From Marispirochaeta sp. (GTDB lineage Bacteria > Spirochaetota > Spirochaetia > JC444 > Marispirochaetaceae), in assembly GCA_963676835.2 (NCBI GenBank), contig CAXXFF010000004.1:1-64000 (forward strand): a stretch of 64,000 nt of DNA. Direction: 5' to 3'. The translations under genes were made by a program, and so were the position numbers. A model generated the notes under the pieces. The model saw nothing but the letters and a program-made list of their open reading frames with translations, searched no databases and was not told the origin of the DNA. Below, one piece after another: positions 54,823 through 64,000 of the stretch. Each line of letters begins with the position of its first letter. Position 1 is the stretch's first letter.

Positions 54823-55506
54823 TCACGGCAGCGCCTGACCGCCAACCAGCGACCATACAATTGCCACACCGCCGCCGCCGAAAAAACCGCTCAGATCAAA
54901 GCCCGCCAGAATATCCTCAAGCTGTGCAGCACTGATATTCACATCAAACATCTCATTCAGTGCAGCAATTGTCCCGGGCGGAACTTCAATTCCGTTGGCT
55001 GTTATACTTATACCTGCAGGAACCCCTGCGGTCTGGCCGTAAGAGTTGCCCATGGCCACAAGGCCTTCATCAACATCAAGGGTTGTACCGTCATAGGTAA
55101 AGCTTGTTCCCCGTACCGCAGCGGTGGAAACCGGACTGCGCAGACGGAAATCATTCTGCAGCCCCTGGGTTCGGCTCACATTGGCTTTAACCCGTCCGAC
55201 ACGTAAATATAGATCGGTCTTTACTGTGCCTTCTTTCTCAATAAGTTCATCCAGGCGCATTCTGGTAAGGGGTTTCACCTCAAGGGTTGCTGTACCTACT
55301 TCCAGCACCGCTTCCGACCTGAATCCCGTACTGATGGTTGCTCCCGTAGGTATACGCTGCCCGGACTGAACAGCTGCCCAGCCGGAACCCGGAGTGCGGA
55401 TCTCAACCTTGCCGGAAAAACTTTTTACCACCGCGCTGGTCTCGGCAAAAAGCCCTGCACTCAGCAGCACCAGCAAAACCATGCTGATAATCTTTTTCAT
55501 ATTCAT
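54823..55506 (-). CDS. secreted FecR-domain protein
   Basis: Signal peptide; SPVSTAAVRGTSF. Confidence 0.85.
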   Translation of the reverse strand: MNMKKIISMVLLVLLSAGLFAETSAVVKSFSGKVEIRTPGSGWAAVQSGQRIPTGATISTGFRSEAVLEVGTATLEVKPLTRMRLDELIEKEGTVKTDLYLRVGRVKANVSRTQGLQNDFRLRSPVSTAAVRGTSFTYDGTTLDVDEGLVAMGNSYGQTAGVPAGISITANGIEVPPGTIAALNEMFDVNISAAQLEDILAGFDLSGFFGGGGVAIVWSLVGGQALP

Positions 55507-55520
55507 AACTTCCTCCAATA

Positions 55521-56660
55521 TTAAAGCCCGATAGAGACATCCAGCTGAATCAGCCCCTGAATGTCACCATCATCCGGCAGATAGGTTCCCATTGTCAGTC
55601 CCGCACCGAAATCAGATGCCGGCTTCATAAGGATCTTGCCCACCAGTTCAGTTCCAAGATACTCGCCGCTGGCTGCGAAGCGGTTTCCCCCCAACACAAA
55701 CTGCAGGTTCCGCAACAGGGGAGACATCTTCTCCGCCCAGGGGCGCATGGAATAATCCAGACTGATCCGGGATGTATTGCTTAAGCCGGGTGAAAAAACT
55801 GTTCCGATGGTAGGTGCCGAGAGGGAAAAGTACCGGGCACTTCCCCAGAGCACTCCGCCGGAAATCCGGGAGTAGAGAATATCCTCAAGAGTATAATATA
55901 GCCCGGATTTCAGTAATATTCCGGAACTGGAGCTTGTAGTATCCATTGCGTTTACCGCAGAGGCATCATAAAACAGCGCATCAGTAATCCTGCCTTCCGC
56001 CGCTATTACTGTATGCAGACTATCGAGCTCATTCTCACCCCTAAGGTCCTTCTGAAGGAGAAACTCCATGGTAAAAAGCTGGCCCTTATCAATGGCGGGA
56101 GCCGCAAGCTTCAGCTGGCTTATCATGCGGTTGGGAGCAAAATAGACATCATCGTCGTTTTCGTCCGCTGAATCCGCAGCTGAGATGCTTATATTCGCCT
56201 CAGGTTTCGTCTGGAGTCCCGTAAAGCCCAATCCGGCGGTAACCGAGTATCCCCCGAAGTCAAAACGTCCCCGGACACCGTCAGCTACATGATTTAAAGC
56301 CATTCGGGTTGAGTCGGTAAATCTGAATCGTCCGATATCAGCATCCAGAACAGCACCGCTGCCGAGAAAATCAGCTTGCTTTACTGCAAGTTTCAGCAGA
56401 TCAGGCTCAATGACAAGCTCTTCATCTTCGTTATAGAGCACATACAGGTTCCCGGAAAGGGTATACAGCATATCCCCGGATTCCCAGCTGTTCTCTGCCC
56501 AAATTGAGGCTTTTTCCCGGGGAGTAAATTCGGTGTCCGCTCCCTCCTGAAAGGTCACAGATCCCCGGCTGTCAATGACAACTCCATAATCCAGAGCAAA
56601 TACCCCGGCGGCGGCAAACAATACCAGACAAATTACAACAACTTTCTTCATAACCTTCAT
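55521..56660 (-). CDS. putative outer-membrane beta-barrel protein
   Basis: Signal peptide, many alternating hydrophobic strands, C-terminal IQLDVSIGL. Confidence 0.7.
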   Translation of the reverse strand: MKVMKKVVVICLVLFAAAGVFALDYGVVIDSRGSVTFQEGADTEFTPREKASIWAENSWESGDMLYTLSGNLYVLYNEDEELVIEPDLLKLAVKQADFLGSGAVLDADIGRFRFTDSTRMALNHVADGVRGRFDFGGYSVTAGLGFTGLQTKPEANISISAADSADENDDDVYFAPNRMISQLKLAAPAIDKGQLFTMEFLLQKDLRGENELDSLHTVIAAEGRITDALFYDASAVNAMDTTSSSSGILLKSGLYYTLEDILYSRISGGVLWGSARYFSLSAPTIGTVFSPGLSNTSRISLDYSMRPWAEKMSPLLRNLQFVLGGNRFAASGEYLGTELVGKILMKPASDFGAGLTMGTYLPDDGDIQGLIQLDVSIGL

Positions 56661-57106
56661 GACCGCTCCTCCAGCTCAGTAAGGGCCCGGCCTGTAAGAC
56701 TCAAAGCCTCTTCCCCGCTGATGGAGGACTTCGCATCCCCCCGGGTCTGCAGGATTCCCAGAAACCTGAGATCCCGAACGGCGTACCTTGGTCCTGCAAA
56801 GATAAACGAACCGATTCCGCGGGGCAGATCAAGCTCCTGCTGCAGCAGATAGGCGAACAGCCCCAGACTCACTTCATCCGAAACAGAGTCGACACCGTAT
56901 TTCGCAAGATCAAACTTGCCACGGAGAGCTTCAAATGCATCATCTTTACCCAAGTCCCCAGACTGATCGATACTGAGCAGTATATACGCAGCGGATCCGG
57001 CACTCAAAGATTTTTCCGAGAGTACTGAGTCGATTACGTCATTGGACTGGGCGAAGAGAGGAAGAAACAGTGAAAGAAGGAAGAAACATACAACATATCT
57101 TTTCAT
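56657..57106 (-). CDS. secreted helical hypothetical protein (weakly SLH-like)
   Basis: RBS GAGGA; signal peptide; LSAGSAAY / VSLGLFAY / ISGEEAL repeats. Confidence 0.75.
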   Translation of the reverse strand: MKRYVVCFFLLSLFLPLFAQSNDVIDSVLSEKSLSAGSAAYILLSIDQSGDLGKDDAFEALRGKFDLAKYGVDSVSDEVSLGLFAYLLQQELDLPRGIGSFIFAGPRYAVRDLRFLGILQTRGDAKSSISGEEALSLTGRALTELEERS

Positions 57107-57247
57107 ACTTTCCTCATCATGTATAATAACCTTAAATAGCAATGGGAAAAAAATACGTATTTTCCCTGACTTTTGCAAGACTGCTGTTACATTTATGCGA
57201 TGTAGCACAACATTATATACAGTATACACCGGTTTCCGGAGGATAGG

Positions 57248-59962
57248 ATGCGCAGAAAGTTTACATTTCGATATTATTATTTAATTCCCCTGCTGATTAT
57301 CATTTTAACAGGATCACTTCATCTTGTTCCCGGGGTTCAATCCGCGGATCGGGGTATTTATGACCTTTTTCTGCACATAAAGCCTCCTGTAGAGGAGGAT
57401 TCCTCCCTGCTGCTGCTGGATATCGACGACCTGGCTATCTCCCAGGTGGGAACCTGGCCCTGGAGCCGCAGCGTAATCGCCGACGGGCTGCTTATTCTGA
57501 AGGAATTTAATACAGATACGGTGGTTTTCGATATTGAGTATGTTGACGCCAGCCCCCAGGGAGTCAATTCAGAATATCTGAATCAGGAAATTCCCCGGCT
57601 CCTGGAAGCGGACTTCAATGATCTGAACGAAAATATTACCGGACTTTTCAGCGCCCTTCTTGAAGGATATATTCCCCTGGAAGAGGCCGAAGAGTATATC
57701 TTTCAGCTGACCGATATAAGCACCGAAGTCAAAGAATCACTTTTTGATGCAGTACAGGAAGTTGCCCGGAACAACGATGAGTACCTTGGCAGGGCTTTCG
57801 GTGTTTTCGGGAATGCCTGGGCGACGGTTAACATGCTTCCCAATGAGGTTGAACTGATCAAAGTCAGCCCCGAACTTAAAAGTTATGTGGCAGATTCAGT
57901 CCCCCTAAAAAGCGTAACCGCCGATCCTTCTTTTACTGCATCATTAAGCGCTCCGGCGGTGCAGCCTACCATTCTGCCGGTTCTTACCAGGGCCGCAGGG
58001 GCGGGCTTTCCCAACGTGGTTGTTGATGATGACGGAGTCCGCCGCAGAATAGATCTTATGGCCCGCTATGGGGAGGGATACTATGGGCAGCTGGTTTTTG
58101 CCCCGCTTTTGAGCAGGCTGGGAAATCCTGAAATTACTGCAATGAAGGGAACGCTCTCAGTAAAAACCGATGCGGGAGACTTTTCCATTCCCATGGATAC
58201 CGAAGGCAGGATGATCATAAACTGGCCGAAGAAAACCTTCGAAGAGAGCTTTCGCCACCTCTCCTACAATCAGATCGTGGTACATGAAAAGCTCGAGAAG
58301 CAGGTTTTCAGAAATCTCGACATTATGAGCCAGGCGGGGTATCTGGACTTTTTTGACAGCGAATCCTCTCTCCCTGATATCTATCGCTATGCCCAGGCTC
58401 TTAAAAGCGAAATGCTCGAAGGGACCACACCTCAAGACCCGGAAGCCATCAATGAATACATTGCAGTACGCAAGGTCTTTTTCGACTCCTGTGCAGCTCT
58501 TGTAGAAGGTGATACAGAAGAGGCAATCTTAGCAGAAATTGACAGGGTTCTTGCGGACCCCGATCTTGATGCTGCGCTCTGGGAGGAGTATCAGGCCATA
58601 AAGACCGAGGTAACAGACTCTTTTGCAGAAATATCCACGGATATAGCCAGACTTACAGAAATTCGTAAAAACCTGACCGAAGAACTAACAGGCTCCTTTG
58701 TTATCATCGGACAGACCGGAATATCCACTTCCGATATCGGGGTTACCCCCTTTGCCGAAGAATACATGAATGTGGGTACCCATGCTGCGGTGGCGAACAC
58801 TATTTTACAGCAGGATTTTCTGGATGAACTTCCCTGGTGGATGTCCCTTGCTGCGGCGCTGGTGCTTACCCTTATACTCTCTTTTGTAATCCGTCATCTT
58901 TCACCGGTTCACTCTATCGTTTTCGGCCTGCTCTCCATAGTCGCGGTGGTTTCCGCCGGCCTTGCCCTCTTTCTGTTTACCGGGATGTACCTGCCTATTA
59001 TTACACCGCTGTTAATGGTAACCCTTACCTTCCTGACCATCTCGGGTATTAAATTCATTAAAACCGAGGGAGAAAAAAGCTTTCTCCGTTCCGCCTTCTC
59101 CCGTTATCTTTCCGCGGATGTAATCAAGCAGATAATTGATAACCCCGACCGTCTTAACCTGGGAGGCGAAAAGAAGGTTCTTACCGCCATCTTCACCGAC
59201 GTAAAAGGGTTTTCAACCATTTCGGAAAAGCTTGATCCTACAGATCTGGTTAAGCTTCTCAACGAATACCTCACCGCCATGAGCGATACCATCCTCGATC
59301 TTCGGGGAACCATCGATAAATATGAAGGTGATGCTATCATCGCCTTCTTCGGGGCCCCCATAGAAATGCAGGATCATGCCCTTAAAGCATGCCTGTCGGC
59401 AATTCGCATGAAACGGATAGAGATAGAGCTGAACCAGCAATTCACAGAGAGAGGCATGTCTCCCGGGCCGTTGATGACCCGTATCGGAATCAATACCGGC
59501 GACATGGTCGTGGGCAATATGGGAACCCTGCAGAAGATGGATTACACCATTATGGGAAGTGCCGTAAATATGGCAGCCCGTCTGGAAGGGGTTAACAAGC
59601 AATACGGCACCTGGATTCTTACCAGTGAACAAACCAGGAACGCCACCGGGAACACTTTTGTCAGCCGGCAGCTCGACCGCGTACGGGTTGTAGGCATTAA
59701 TGAACCGGTTCGGCTCTATGAGCTGATAGAAGAGCATGACCGGGTCGATGCCAATACCCTGGAAGGTCTTGATACCTTTCATGCCGGGCTGGAACTCTTC
59801 GAAGAGCGGGAGTGGGATAAATGCCAGAAAATGTTCCGTTCAGTTATGAAGATCTTTCCCGATGACGGACCTTCCCAGTTCTATATTGAACGGGCACGCA
59901 AGTACATTACCCAGCCTCCTTCAGACACCTGGGACGGGGTGTTCAATCTGACTCTTAAATAG
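57248..59962 (+). CDS. CHASE2-domain class III adenylate cyclase
   Basis: GTWPWSRS, DDDGVRR and G..HA...TIL CHASE2 motifs; 3 TM; FTDVKGFS, DKYEGD, DYT..G.AVN.AARLE (ATP-type K/D); C-terminal TPR-like helix. Confidence 0.93.
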   Translation: MRRKFTFRYYYLIPLLIIILTGSLHLVPGVQSADRGIYDLFLHIKPPVEEDSSLLLLDIDDLAISQVGTWPWSRSVIADGLLILKEFNTDTVVFDIEYVDASPQGVNSEYLNQEIPRLLEADFNDLNENITGLFSALLEGYIPLEEAEEYIFQLTDISTEVKESLFDAVQEVARNNDEYLGRAFGVFGNAWATVNMLPNEVELIKVSPELKSYVADSVPLKSVTADPSFTASLSAPAVQPTILPVLTRAAGAGFPNVVVDDDGVRRRIDLMARYGEGYYGQLVFAPLLSRLGNPEITAMKGTLSVKTDAGDFSIPMDTEGRMIINWPKKTFEESFRHLSYNQIVVHEKLEKQVFRNLDIMSQAGYLDFFDSESSLPDIYRYAQALKSEMLEGTTPQDPEAINEYIAVRKVFFDSCAALVEGDTEEAILAEIDRVLADPDLDAALWEEYQAIKTEVTDSFAEISTDIARLTEIRKNLTEELTGSFVIIGQTGISTSDIGVTPFAEEYMNVGTHAAVANTILQQDFLDELPWWMSLAAALVLTLILSFVIRHLSPVHSIVFGLLSIVAVVSAGLALFLFTGMYLPIITPLLMVTLTFLTISGIKFIKTEGEKSFLRSAFSRYLSADVIKQIIDNPDRLNLGGEKKVLTAIFTDVKGFSTISEKLDPTDLVKLLNEYLTAMSDTILDLRGTIDKYEGDAIIAFFGAPIEMQDHALKACLSAIRMKRIEIELNQQFTERGMSPGPLMTRIGINTGDMVVGNMGTLQKMDYTIMGSAVNMAARLEGVNKQYGTWILTSEQTRNATGNTFVSRQLDRVRVVGINEPVRLYELIEEHDRVDANTLEGLDTFHAGLELFEEREWDKCQKMFRSVMKIFPDDGPSQFYIERARKYITQPPSDTWDGVFNLTLK

Positions 59963-59964
59963 AC

Positions 59965-60591
59965 ATGAGTATACTCTACCTGATCCGGCATGCGGAAAGC
60001 GAAGCAAACCGCAGCCGGATTCTTGCAAGCCGGCTGCCCTACCCTTTGAGCACATCCGGAATGGAAGATGCCCGGCGTATTGCATCGGAGTTGAAGGCAA
60101 TTACGCGCCTGGATGAGATAATCTCTTCACCGCTGCTGCGGGCAAGGCAGACGGCGGACTGTTTCAGCCGGGCATACGCAGACCTTCCGGTAAAAGAAGA
60201 TATCCGGCTTGCGGAACAGGACCTGGGGGCATTTTCCGGGATGAGTTACGATGAAGTTAAAGTGATGGATGATTACGAAAAGAACACCCGGAACCGCTGG
60301 AACTGGATACCCCGGGGAGGCGGTGAATCATATGCCATGATTGCCGAAAGGGTTTCCTCGTTCTTTCAGGCAATGGCAAAAAAGAAACCGGATCAGCGCA
60401 TTCTTGTAGTGACCCATGCGGTGGTGTTCCGACTGATCCGGGGTCTCCTGGACAATACCCTTCCGTCATACCCCTCTTCGTTTCCCAACAACGGAGAGAT
60501 ATGGAAGGTAGACTATTCGGGACGAGCTGCAGCATATACTGTTGAACAGCTTTTTCTGGGCAACAGCAGAGATTTTATTCATAATCCCTGA
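59965..60591 (+). CDS. histidine phosphatase family protein
   Basis: LIRHAES, SSPLLRARQTA, GGES and LVVTH. Confidence 0.9.
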   Translation: MSILYLIRHAESEANRSRILASRLPYPLSTSGMEDARRIASELKAITRLDEIISSPLLRARQTADCFSRAYADLPVKEDIRLAEQDLGAFSGMSYDEVKVMDDYEKNTRNRWNWIPRGGGESYAMIAERVSSFFQAMAKKKPDQRILVVTHAVVFRLIRGLLDNTLPSYPSSFPNNGEIWKVDYSGRAAAYTVEQLFLGNSRDFIHNP

Positions 60592-60626
60592 AAGGAAGCT
60601 TCTTCTGCAGCACTGAAAAAGGAGTA

Positions 60627-61877
60627 TTACTCTTCCTTAAGTTTCACAATGGAGAACAGCAAAGCTGGAAGAAGAGCCAGCGCCATCAGTGCAGGACCGA
60701 GACCGAAACGGTCAACTCCAAAGCCGAACACCGGGGAGATAACCGCTACCATAAGGGTTTTAAGCTGGCTTTCTCCGGAGAGCCCCGTCGCCATTACAGA
60801 GCCTTTAATTCTGTCACTCAGATAGCCCAGGGTTGCAGGCCTGCGGAGATTCTCCAGAAGATAAAAACAGATAAAAACCGCAACTGCCGCTGAATTGATT
60901 CCTGCGACAAGAAAAATCCCGATGCCCAGCACTGCAAAGATACCTGCAGCGTAGGTGGCATTCAGCCCGGCTATGGTAGATGAGAAAATAGAGTGAAAAA
61001 TGGATGCATGACTGCTGGCATAGGATGTCAGCAGGTAGAGCAGAAAATAGACCGCCCCTGATATAAGTGCCACCCGCTGATGACCTTCAAAGGCGGCAAG
61101 CAGAGGAAGAGTAAGAGCCAGCCCTTTCAATACAGGCTGTACATAATCCTTTACCGACTTGAATACAGCATCAAACAGGCTGGAATTGATGAGCGCCTTC
61201 CGTATTACCGGGTCTTTAAAAAGAGAAAGAAAACTCTGTATGGTTTTTTTAGCTTCTTTCCATCCCCGCTTTTCATCGTCATCACAGGCGGCCTCGTCGC
61301 AGGAGAAATCAAGTTCTTTGGGGTAGCTGATAATTAAGAGCATATCACCCAGATAGGGAATGATACTCCAGAGAAAAACAGAGCGGAAGCTGCCGGAAAA
61401 AAAGACAAGCAGGGCCGCAATAAGAGCAGAAAACGCCGACCCCAGCTGTGACCAGCCGCGGGTATGACCGTAGTATGCAACCTTCTGATCCGTCATATCA
61501 TGCATCTTCAGGTATTCCATGATCATGGCCTTATGAGTACCGGAACGGAAACTTTCACCCAGAGCAAACAGAACCATGGCTGTTAGATAGAAAAGAAAGG
61601 AAGGAAAGAAGTAGAAGATAAGGAAACTGCCAATATAGCTTATAAAGGAGAAGATCATGGCACTGCGGCGGCCCAGGGTATCTGCGACAACCCCGGTGGG
61701 AATCTCCGTTACATTGGTGATAATTTCCCTTACAGAGTAGAGAATACCAATCTCAAAAAAGCTGATACCCATTTCCCGGAAAAAGAGCACCAGAAAAGGG
61801 TCAAAAAACTGAAGATTTTTTAAAAAACCATAAAAGGAAAACTTCCAGTACTGCAGATCTTTTCTGAATTCGCCCAT
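60627..61877 (-). CDS. MFS transporter
   Basis: About 12 TM; EIPTGVVADTLGRR. Confidence 0.9.
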   Translation of the reverse strand: MGEFRKDLQYWKFSFYGFLKNLQFFDPFLVLFFREMGISFFEIGILYSVREIITNVTEIPTGVVADTLGRRSAMIFSFISYIGSFLIFYFFPSFLFYLTAMVLFALGESFRSGTHKAMIMEYLKMHDMTDQKVAYYGHTRGWSQLGSAFSALIAALLVFFSGSFRSVFLWSIIPYLGDMLLIISYPKELDFSCDEAACDDDEKRGWKEAKKTIQSFLSLFKDPVIRKALINSSLFDAVFKSVKDYVQPVLKGLALTLPLLAAFEGHQRVALISGAVYFLLYLLTSYASSHASIFHSIFSSTIAGLNATYAAGIFAVLGIGIFLVAGINSAAVAVFICFYLLENLRRPATLGYLSDRIKGSVMATGLSGESQLKTLMVAVISPVFGFGVDRFGLGPALMALALLPALLFSIVKLKEE

Positions 61878-61932
61878 AGAGGTGGATAATATGCCAAAGA
61901 AAAGAGTTGATCAAGAAAGAAGGACCCACCTG

Positions 61933-62874
61933 TTATTCCGGTGGCAACTCTTTGTTCTGCTCTTTCTTGCGGGGAAAAACAAAAAAGAAAATAATTGCAC
62001 CGGCAATAAGGGCCATTCCGGCGGCAACAGGCCACGAAGGGGTGTCTCCGGGAATAAGCAGCCAGCTTAAGCCCGCACCGCCCACGGGTATAAGAAACTG
62101 CCAGAGCCCGATAAGCGAGACTTTTTCCCCCCTCACCGAAAGGAGGTGATACCAGATGGAAAAGGCCGTGGCGGACAGAAAACCGAGATAGATAAGGGTA
62201 TACCAGAATTCAGGCTGAAGAGGAAAAACAAATGATCCCTCAATAAAACGGGAAAGCAGGAGCAGCGTTACCCCGCCGGCAATAAACTGGGACGAGGTAA
62301 GCACCATGGCGTTTATACTGCCCCTGGTGCGGTAGACAAGCACATGACCGATTACACCGGAAAAGGAGGCACCCAGCATCAGCAGCACACCGATGAGCTC
62401 GGAACCGCCGAATACACCGGACGGGCTGTTTCGGGTAAGACTTATCAGAAGAATCCCTGTAAAACCTATGCACAGGCTTATTATCATGGGAAAACTCATT
62501 TTATCATCTTTCAGCATTATATGAGCTGCCAGAGCCGCCCAGAGAGGCATCATGCCGTTAACAACCGCCCCGACGGACCCGGGTACAAGCTTCAGGGAGA
62601 GGAAAAAGAAGGCATAATAGAGAGAGGTCTGAAACAGTGATATTTTGAGTACCAACAGGAGGTTGCGGCCTGTTTCGCGAATAAATGAGGCCTGAACCAC
62701 CGCCGAGGGAACAAGAATTATCCCGGCCAGAAGAAACCGGATTCCCGCAAAAAAGAGGGGCGGTGCATAATTAAGACCGGTCTTAACCCCGGCAAAGGCG
62801 CTGGACCAGAGAAGACAGGCAAAAACAGCAAGAGTCCAGGAGGGAATCATCCATCCTTTCTTGGAAGAGGACAT
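61933..62874 (-). CDS. DMT/EamA-family transporter
   Basis: About 10 TM; LWSSAF and P..FAGIRFLLAG. Confidence 0.9.
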   Translation of the reverse strand: MSSSKKGWMIPSWTLAVFACLLWSSAFAGVKTGLNYAPPLFFAGIRFLLAGIILVPSAVVQASFIRETGRNLLLVLKISLFQTSLYYAFFFLSLKLVPGSVGAVVNGMMPLWAALAAHIMLKDDKMSFPMIISLCIGFTGILLISLTRNSPSGVFGGSELIGVLLMLGASFSGVIGHVLVYRTRGSINAMVLTSSQFIAGGVTLLLLSRFIEGSFVFPLQPEFWYTLIYLGFLSATAFSIWYHLLSVRGEKVSLIGLWQFLIPVGGAGLSWLLIPGDTPSWPVAAGMALIAGAIIFFFVFPRKKEQNKELPPE

Positions 62875-62982
62875 ATCTGCTCCCCGGATATAGAATAGGT
62901 ATCAAACGTCCTGATCATAAAGCAAGGGTGATACAAATACAATCTCCCATCAGGATCTCTTATATAAAGCATATTTTGGGTG

Positions 62983-64000
62983 TTAAAGCAGTGGAGCAAT
63001 TATTCTGAAAAAAGAATTTCGAAGTCGGCCTGCTACGCCCAGACGGACAATATCCGCATCTTCAATTTTCCTGCACATGGGCAGAAACTCATTAAACTGC
63101 CTGATAAGTCCTGCAGCTACTTCTTCATCGTAAAAAAAAGCGTTCAACTCATAATCGAGGTGAAAACTGCGGACGTCCATATTGCAGCTTCCAATGGTGG
63201 CAATGGATGCATCTGCCACCAGGGTTTTGGCATGAAAAAAACCTGCTTCGTAGAGATAGATATTAACCCCGGCTTCAAGAAGTTCCTCGAAATAGGTATG
63301 GGCTACCCAGAAGGGTATCCGCTTGTCGGGAACCCCGGTCATCATCAGGTTAACCTCTACACCCGACAAAGCTGCTGTGGTAAGACTGTTTATAATAGTT
63401 GCTTCCGGAACAAAATAGGGGCTTTGGATGTGTATCTGCTGATTGGCATTATGGATCAGGTTGGCATACATCATCCTCAGGTTGTGCCAGTCCGAATCGG
63501 GACCGCTGCAGACAATCTGGGTAGGCAGTATTTTCGTTTTATCCTGTACATGTTCGGGAAAAAACCGGGGATCCTGCACCATGCCGCCGCCGGAGTTATA
63601 CCAGTCGGAGAGAAACACCGCCTGCATCAGCTGTACCGATTCCCCTTCCAGCTTTATGTGAGTATCCTGCCAGCGGTCGAAGGCCTTTCCGCCGGTTACA
63701 TACTCAATCCCAACGTTCATACCGCCGGTATAGCCGATTTTTCCGTCGATAATGGTAATCTTGCGGTGATTCCGGTAGTTGAGCAGACGGCCAGAGAGAA
63801 CATTCATGGGATCGAGAAAATACCGGGTTTCTATTCCGGCTTTTTTAAGGTTCCGTTTGAATTTCCTGCTCATTTTGCGGAAACATCCGACGCCGTCGAA
63901 AAGCAGACGGACCTTTACCCCTTCCGCTGTTTTACGTACCAGAATATCCCGGATCCTTCTGCCCAGATCATCGGAACGGAAGATATACACCTCCATATGA
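62983..64000 (-). CDS. cls: cardiolipin synthase (5' part outside window)
   Basis: Two HKD motifs, NHRKITIIDG and FHAKTLVAD; SPYFVP. Confidence 0.9.
   Translation of the reverse strand, partial: HMEVYIFRSDDLGRRIRDILVRKTAEGVKVRLLFDGVGCFRKMSRKFKRNLKKAGIETRYFLDPMNVLSGRLLNYRNHRKITIIDGKIGYTGGMNVGIEYVTGGKAFDRWQDTHIKLEGESVQLMQAVFLSDWYNSGGGMVQDPRFFPEHVQDKTKILPTQIVCSGPDSDWHNLRMMYANLIHNANQQIHIQSPYFVPEATIINSLTTAALSGVEVNLMMTGVPDKRIPFWVAHTYFEELLEAGVNIYLYEAGFFHAKTLVADASIATIGSCNMDVRSFHLDYELNAFFYDEEVAAGLIRQFNEFLPMCRKIEDADIVRLGVAGRLRNSFFRIIAPLL

Overview
Chromosomal window from a spirochaete (Spirochaetaceae-like, judged from the 16S leader signature and the many FecR/LipL45-type proteins and lipoproteins). 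It opens with a minus-strand rRNA operon (16S, tRNA-Ala(UGC), 23S; the 5S gene would lie beyond the left edge). The 23S carries a ~100-nt helix-25 insertion, and the spacer carries a duplicated tRNA 3' end interrupted by a structured ~106-nt insert. Next come a K+-dependent membrane pyrophosphatase, a DRTGG/CBS-kinase/DRTGG/PHP cluster and an LpoB/COG3014/LPP20 lipoprotein operon. An accessory stretch (~15.7-33.8 kb) holds FecR proteins, lipoproteins, a duplicated lipoprotein + beta-barrel pair, REP-like repeats, a MITE, a SatD + membrane-protein pair, orphan HisKA_2 kinases and an AHL-lactonase-family enzyme. After that are fabF with a FabX-like gene, modABC with a regulator split by one in-frame TGA, an uncharacterised sugar/hydroxy-acid catabolic locus with a frameshifted aldolase, a GT51 transglycosylase, a CHASE2 adenylate cyclase divergent from a secreted-protein/beta-barrel/FecR/lipoprotein operon, and MFS, DMT and a partial cardiolipin synthase. 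The best candidates for poorly described systems are (1) the SatD cyclase-like enzyme plus membrane protein behind paired operators, (2) the CHASE2-cyclase/FecR/OM-barrel locus, (3) the duplicated lipoprotein/beta-barrel module and (4) the tRNA-derived GGA-hairpin element. No CRISPR array, integrase or transposase was seen. All family calls come from reading motifs by eye, not from database searches.
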